From Lama guanicoe (lineage: Eukaryota), in assembly GCA_013239625.1 (NCBI GenBank), contig MU053594.1, positions 1,635,165-1,674,189 on the forward strand: DNA of 39,025 nt. Reading direction: 5' to 3'. Made by a program: the position numbers and the translations under genes. The number at the start of each line of letters is the position of its first letter. The first letter of the stretch is position 1. Under the pieces are notes generated by a model that worked only from the letters and a program-made list of their open reading frames with translations, was not told where the DNA came from and did not search any database. Shown in pieces: positions 35,695 through 39,025 of this stretch.

Positions 35695-36300
35695 TAACAT
35701 CAACCAATGAATAGTGACTTAGTGCCTTCCAGGTGCCCAGCACTGGGGATAGCCAGATACTGACACACATGAAATGACAGCATATAGTACAAGCCAGAAC
35801 ATAATTGAGTCCTCAACTCAAGTAAACATAAGTAAATGAATAAATGATCCAGGAGTGAGAGGGCAAGAGGGCTGAATTGGCCCAGAGGCGGGATCTTGGA
35901 GAGTCAGTGGGGCTGGGATTCGTGATGAGAAGGAAGGAAGGATTCCAGACAGGCACCCGACATGAACAAAGGCCAGGGGCAGGCGAACCAGGTGCGTCTG
36001 CAGAACCAGACAAGACGGCCACCCCTAGAGTGGGGGTGCGAAGAGCAGAGTGAGCCGGCTAATGAGGCTCATGAGAGCCATGTGTACTGTAATTAACACA
36101 ACAGAAGCAGAAATGTAAAACCAGAAATGTTTAGAGGCTCTAAAATACAAGGGCAGGCACGTCGAAGGTTTTGGACAGCTGTGGGTCCTGATGGAAGTGT
36201 TGGCTGGGGAAATCTGATCTGGTTGCAACCTGGAGGGAGGAGACTGAGGAGGCCAGGAGGAGTGAACAGAGCATGTAAGCCAGGGAGAAGGGAACAGAAC
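35695..36300 (-). mobile_element. L2 fragments in intron 1
   Basis: Purine-rich antisense L2-like sequence (gacttagtgccttccaggtgcccagcactggggata...). Boundaries are approximate. Confidence 0.45.
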
Positions 36301-37724
36301 AAAGGACAGAGGCAGGAGCATGCCTGTGGGAGAGCTGACAGGATTGATGACTATCTGCATGACACGTCCCTTGTCACCATCCACCTCACCATCGTGCACA
36401 CATCCAGGACAGATGCCAGGTTCTGGCTGAGCAAGTCAGGGCCCCGGGGATCTGGCTCAGATACCTTGATTGGCAAACACAAACAAACAGAACAGAGAAA
36501 TGTTTCATACTAACAACAACAATCGAGATTTATCTGACACCCACCCAGATTCAAGTCTTTACACACTTCTCTTTACTCTTCCCAGGAAACTTTCAAGATA
36601 ACGTATCCTGATCTCCATACACTGAGGGATAATGTCGTTATCCTCAGACCTAGAACCAACCCTTGTGCAAAGTGCACACTCAGTAAATATTTGTGGAGTG
36701 AGTGATGAACAGTAAAGAAACCAAGGATCAGAGGGGAAGTGACCTGGCCTTAAATGTTAGAACTAGAATTCAGATCCAGGACTGTCTGATCCTATTCTGC
36801 GACACAGTCAGTTTTCTTTGCTTTGTGAAGAAGACTTTCAAGGAGTTTTGGGTGGCTGAGAGGGCCCTAAAGACTACCACCTGAGCACTGAGAGATTTGT
36901 TCAGAAAGGATCTTCTAAGGGAGGAAATGGACAAACTGAAATATTCTCTTGAAATCCCCTACCCATTACACCTTAGAATGCTGAAGTAACCAGTGGAATT
37001 AACAAGTGTCAGCGGGGTCCCCGTGAGCGCATACTAAGCTAGGTCATCAGACTAGAGGGTTCAGGGAACCCTGAGTGGTTATTTGACCCGTACTTAGATT
37101 AGTGCCTTTGGGGCTCAGAGGCCCTGCCTCCTTCTTCCCTCAGCCTCAACAACAGAGACCAAGAACATCAGCATTTCTGGGACCAAAAAAAAAACAAAAA
37201 ACAAAAACACTGGCCTTGGCTTTGACTTGGCAGTAATGGTCCCTTATTTCATGAAGCACTTCCCAGGGGAGCCCACTTGACCCTTTCACAGGCATCGACC
37301 CCTTCTCTCCCCACACTCCACTCCCCCTGAGAGAAGGGCAGAGCTCTCATCTTGAGCAGGGCTCAAGAGGTTAAAAGCCAGCCAGGATCTCATCCCTGCT
37401 ATGCAGCAAAGCAGAGTATAGGTCTTCTGTTGTCCAACTTCTCCACCTTTTTCTGGAGAAAACTTGGAAAACAGACACACACAAAAACAGCTAGGGGGGA
37501 AATAAAAATCATTTATCATCCCACTCACAAGATATCACCATAGATAATATCTTGATTATTTATTCCCTTCCAGATTTTTTGCAACTTCTTTTATAAAAAT
37601 GGGACCTTACTATATGTACATAATATTTAAACTTCCTTTTTTCACACTTGATTTTGATTTCATGACCCTCGTCTCTCGTCTTATGGCACAGATGGTTCAT
37701 TGTTTCCTTATTATTTCCTCCCAG

Positions 37725-37923
37725 TAACGGTGCCTGTGACTAACAACACTGACTCTGTGATCCTGCGAGCACTGTACAAGACGCAACCAGTAGGCTTCTG
37801 GAAAGATGCACACAAGAATTGTACGAACAGTGTCATGTACGAACTGAAGAACCCACGCAGCAGAATGTTCGAGGCAAAATGGGTATCTCCTGGGGACATA
37901 GACCTATCCTCAGTCCAGCTACA
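37725..37923 (+). CDS. PLET1: PLET1-family protein, coding exon 2
   Basis: Acceptor ttatttcctcccag|TA is phase-1 compatible with exon 1 (G+TA = Val). It encodes VTVPVTNNTDSVILRALYKTQPVGFWKDAHKNCTNSVMYELKNPRSRMFEAKWVSPGDIDLSSVQL(Q). Donor CA|gtaaga (phase 2). The motifs V.VPV, VILRA, PVG.W, C and F.A.W..P match recalled PLET1. Confidence 0.88.
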
Positions 37924-38166
37924 GTAAGAACCTATCCATATATCATTTGCTTTGGGCTTTTGCAATTTCATATTGGGTTTCTGCAGTTTTATACTGACCT
38001 TGGAGGACTCATAATACAACCCCGATGTGACGTGGAGGATTCAGTAGCTGCACTCCTTTTCCACCTCCCCATTCTTTGACTACTTTTATCTATAGGAGTT
38101 TCTACACTATACATGTGCACACACGCACACATACCACGTATGCTCTGCACCAAGAGAAAGAACTGG

Positions 38167-38647
38167 TGTTAAATAAAACCAGAACCAGACAGTTGCTAAA
38201 GCAAGATGAGTGAATGAACCAATGAATGAATGAATAAAAACAGATTTTATTCAGGACTATTGCAATTAAGACAAGAGACCTCAGTATAGAACAAGTCTCA
38301 ATGCTGAATGCAACATGGGTAAGTGGGGATTTACAGCCAGGGAACAGGGTAGGAGTGTCAATGGATACGAAAACACTAAAAGGAAACATCAAACCCTGTA
38401 AGGGGGACTCTCACCAAACTTACCTAACAGGATTCTTACTGAAGACAGGCCAGGGTGATCACAAAGCAGACAATGAGAAACTCAATCAGATAATAAAAGT
38501 GATCAGATATCGAGGGTGGGAGTTTTGTGCTATACTGACTTAACATGATTCTGGCTAAAACTGGATTTTCCAAGGAAGTACACATATGGGCCTAGGAGAA
38601 GGTTCCAGACTCCAACTAAACTTTGGTCAAGCAAAGAATGCTTGTCA
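38167..38647 (-). mobile_element. Solo LTR, ERV1-class (MER34/MER39-like), antisense in intron 2
   Basis: TG...CA termini with a 4-bp TSD CTGG (38163-38166 / 38648-38651). tttatt at ~38246-38251 is AATAAA on the minus strand. Length 481 bp. Confidence 0.8.
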
Positions 38648-38864
38648 CTGGCACCCTGTTTGTTTCAAATTCTCTTTACCCCTTCCCACCACAACCCAAC
38701 TCACTCCTGCTAGTCTGGGGCAGACAGTACTCCAGAACCAGGCAGGGCAAATAGCAGTGACAAACAATTAAAAATAAAAACACTCTGGTACTGAAGACAC
38801 CTGGCCACCTTGGAGCTCCCCTCTCTGCCTTCTCCACTGCAGTCCTCCAGGAGCCCTTGCTAAG

Positions 38865-39025
38865 CTAGGGTGCAGAGAAACTGCCTGTGGCCAAGAGTGG
38901 TGAAGGACAGCATTTATTGCAGGCACCAAGCAAGCAGAATGGGCAGCTCATGCTCAAAAGACATGAGCTCCCATCAGCTTTCTGGGCAGCACTTTTAAAG
39001 GCTACATTTGTGGTGAGGTGAGGAT
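38865..39025 (-). mobile_element. Probable ERV LTR running off the window end
   Basis: gcatttattgcaggcaccaagcaag...gaatgggcagctcatgctcaaaagac resembles an antisense ERV1 LTR R/U5 region; partial. Confidence 0.5.

Noticed and set aside
37924..37927. TAA ending the 37700-37927 ORF as a true stop or pseudogenising mutation
   Set aside because: The TAA is part of the GTAAGA splice donor and lies in intron 2.
1..39025. CRISPR array, operon or other prokaryotic-type system
   Set aside because: No regularly spaced repeats or dense ORFs; the sequence is intron- and retroposon-rich mammalian DNA.

Overview
This is mammalian nuclear DNA, probably from a camelid. That assignment is inferred from a Vic-1-like tRNA-derived SINE and a recurrent young L1 3'-tail family; no database search was run. 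The first ~33 kb has no intact gene and is mostly layered repeats (L2, MIR, MER5A/MER20, MLT1, ERV1 solo LTRs, old and young L1). It also holds a 5'-truncated processed pseudogene of PRRC2C on the minus strand (12690-15823), with a poly(A) tail and a 17-bp target-site duplication (TSD). The only supportable protein-coding gene begins near the end of the window on the plus strand. It is a PLET1-family gene (placenta-expressed transcript 1 or a paralogue) with a TATA box, a strong Kozak ATG at 33164, exon 1 (33164-33347) and exon 2 (37725-37923). No further exon was identified, so the rest probably lies beyond the window. The most notable observations are: a Reeler-like motif pattern in this divergent PLET1-family protein; GATA/TEAD motifs in its promoter; a ~333-bp L1 head-plus-tail mini-element with its own TSD; two apparent L1 3' transductions; and a nested insertion series that gives a relative age order. 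I found no evidence for a prokaryote-type novel system. Repeat family names come from recalled consensus features and need RepeatMasker confirmation.
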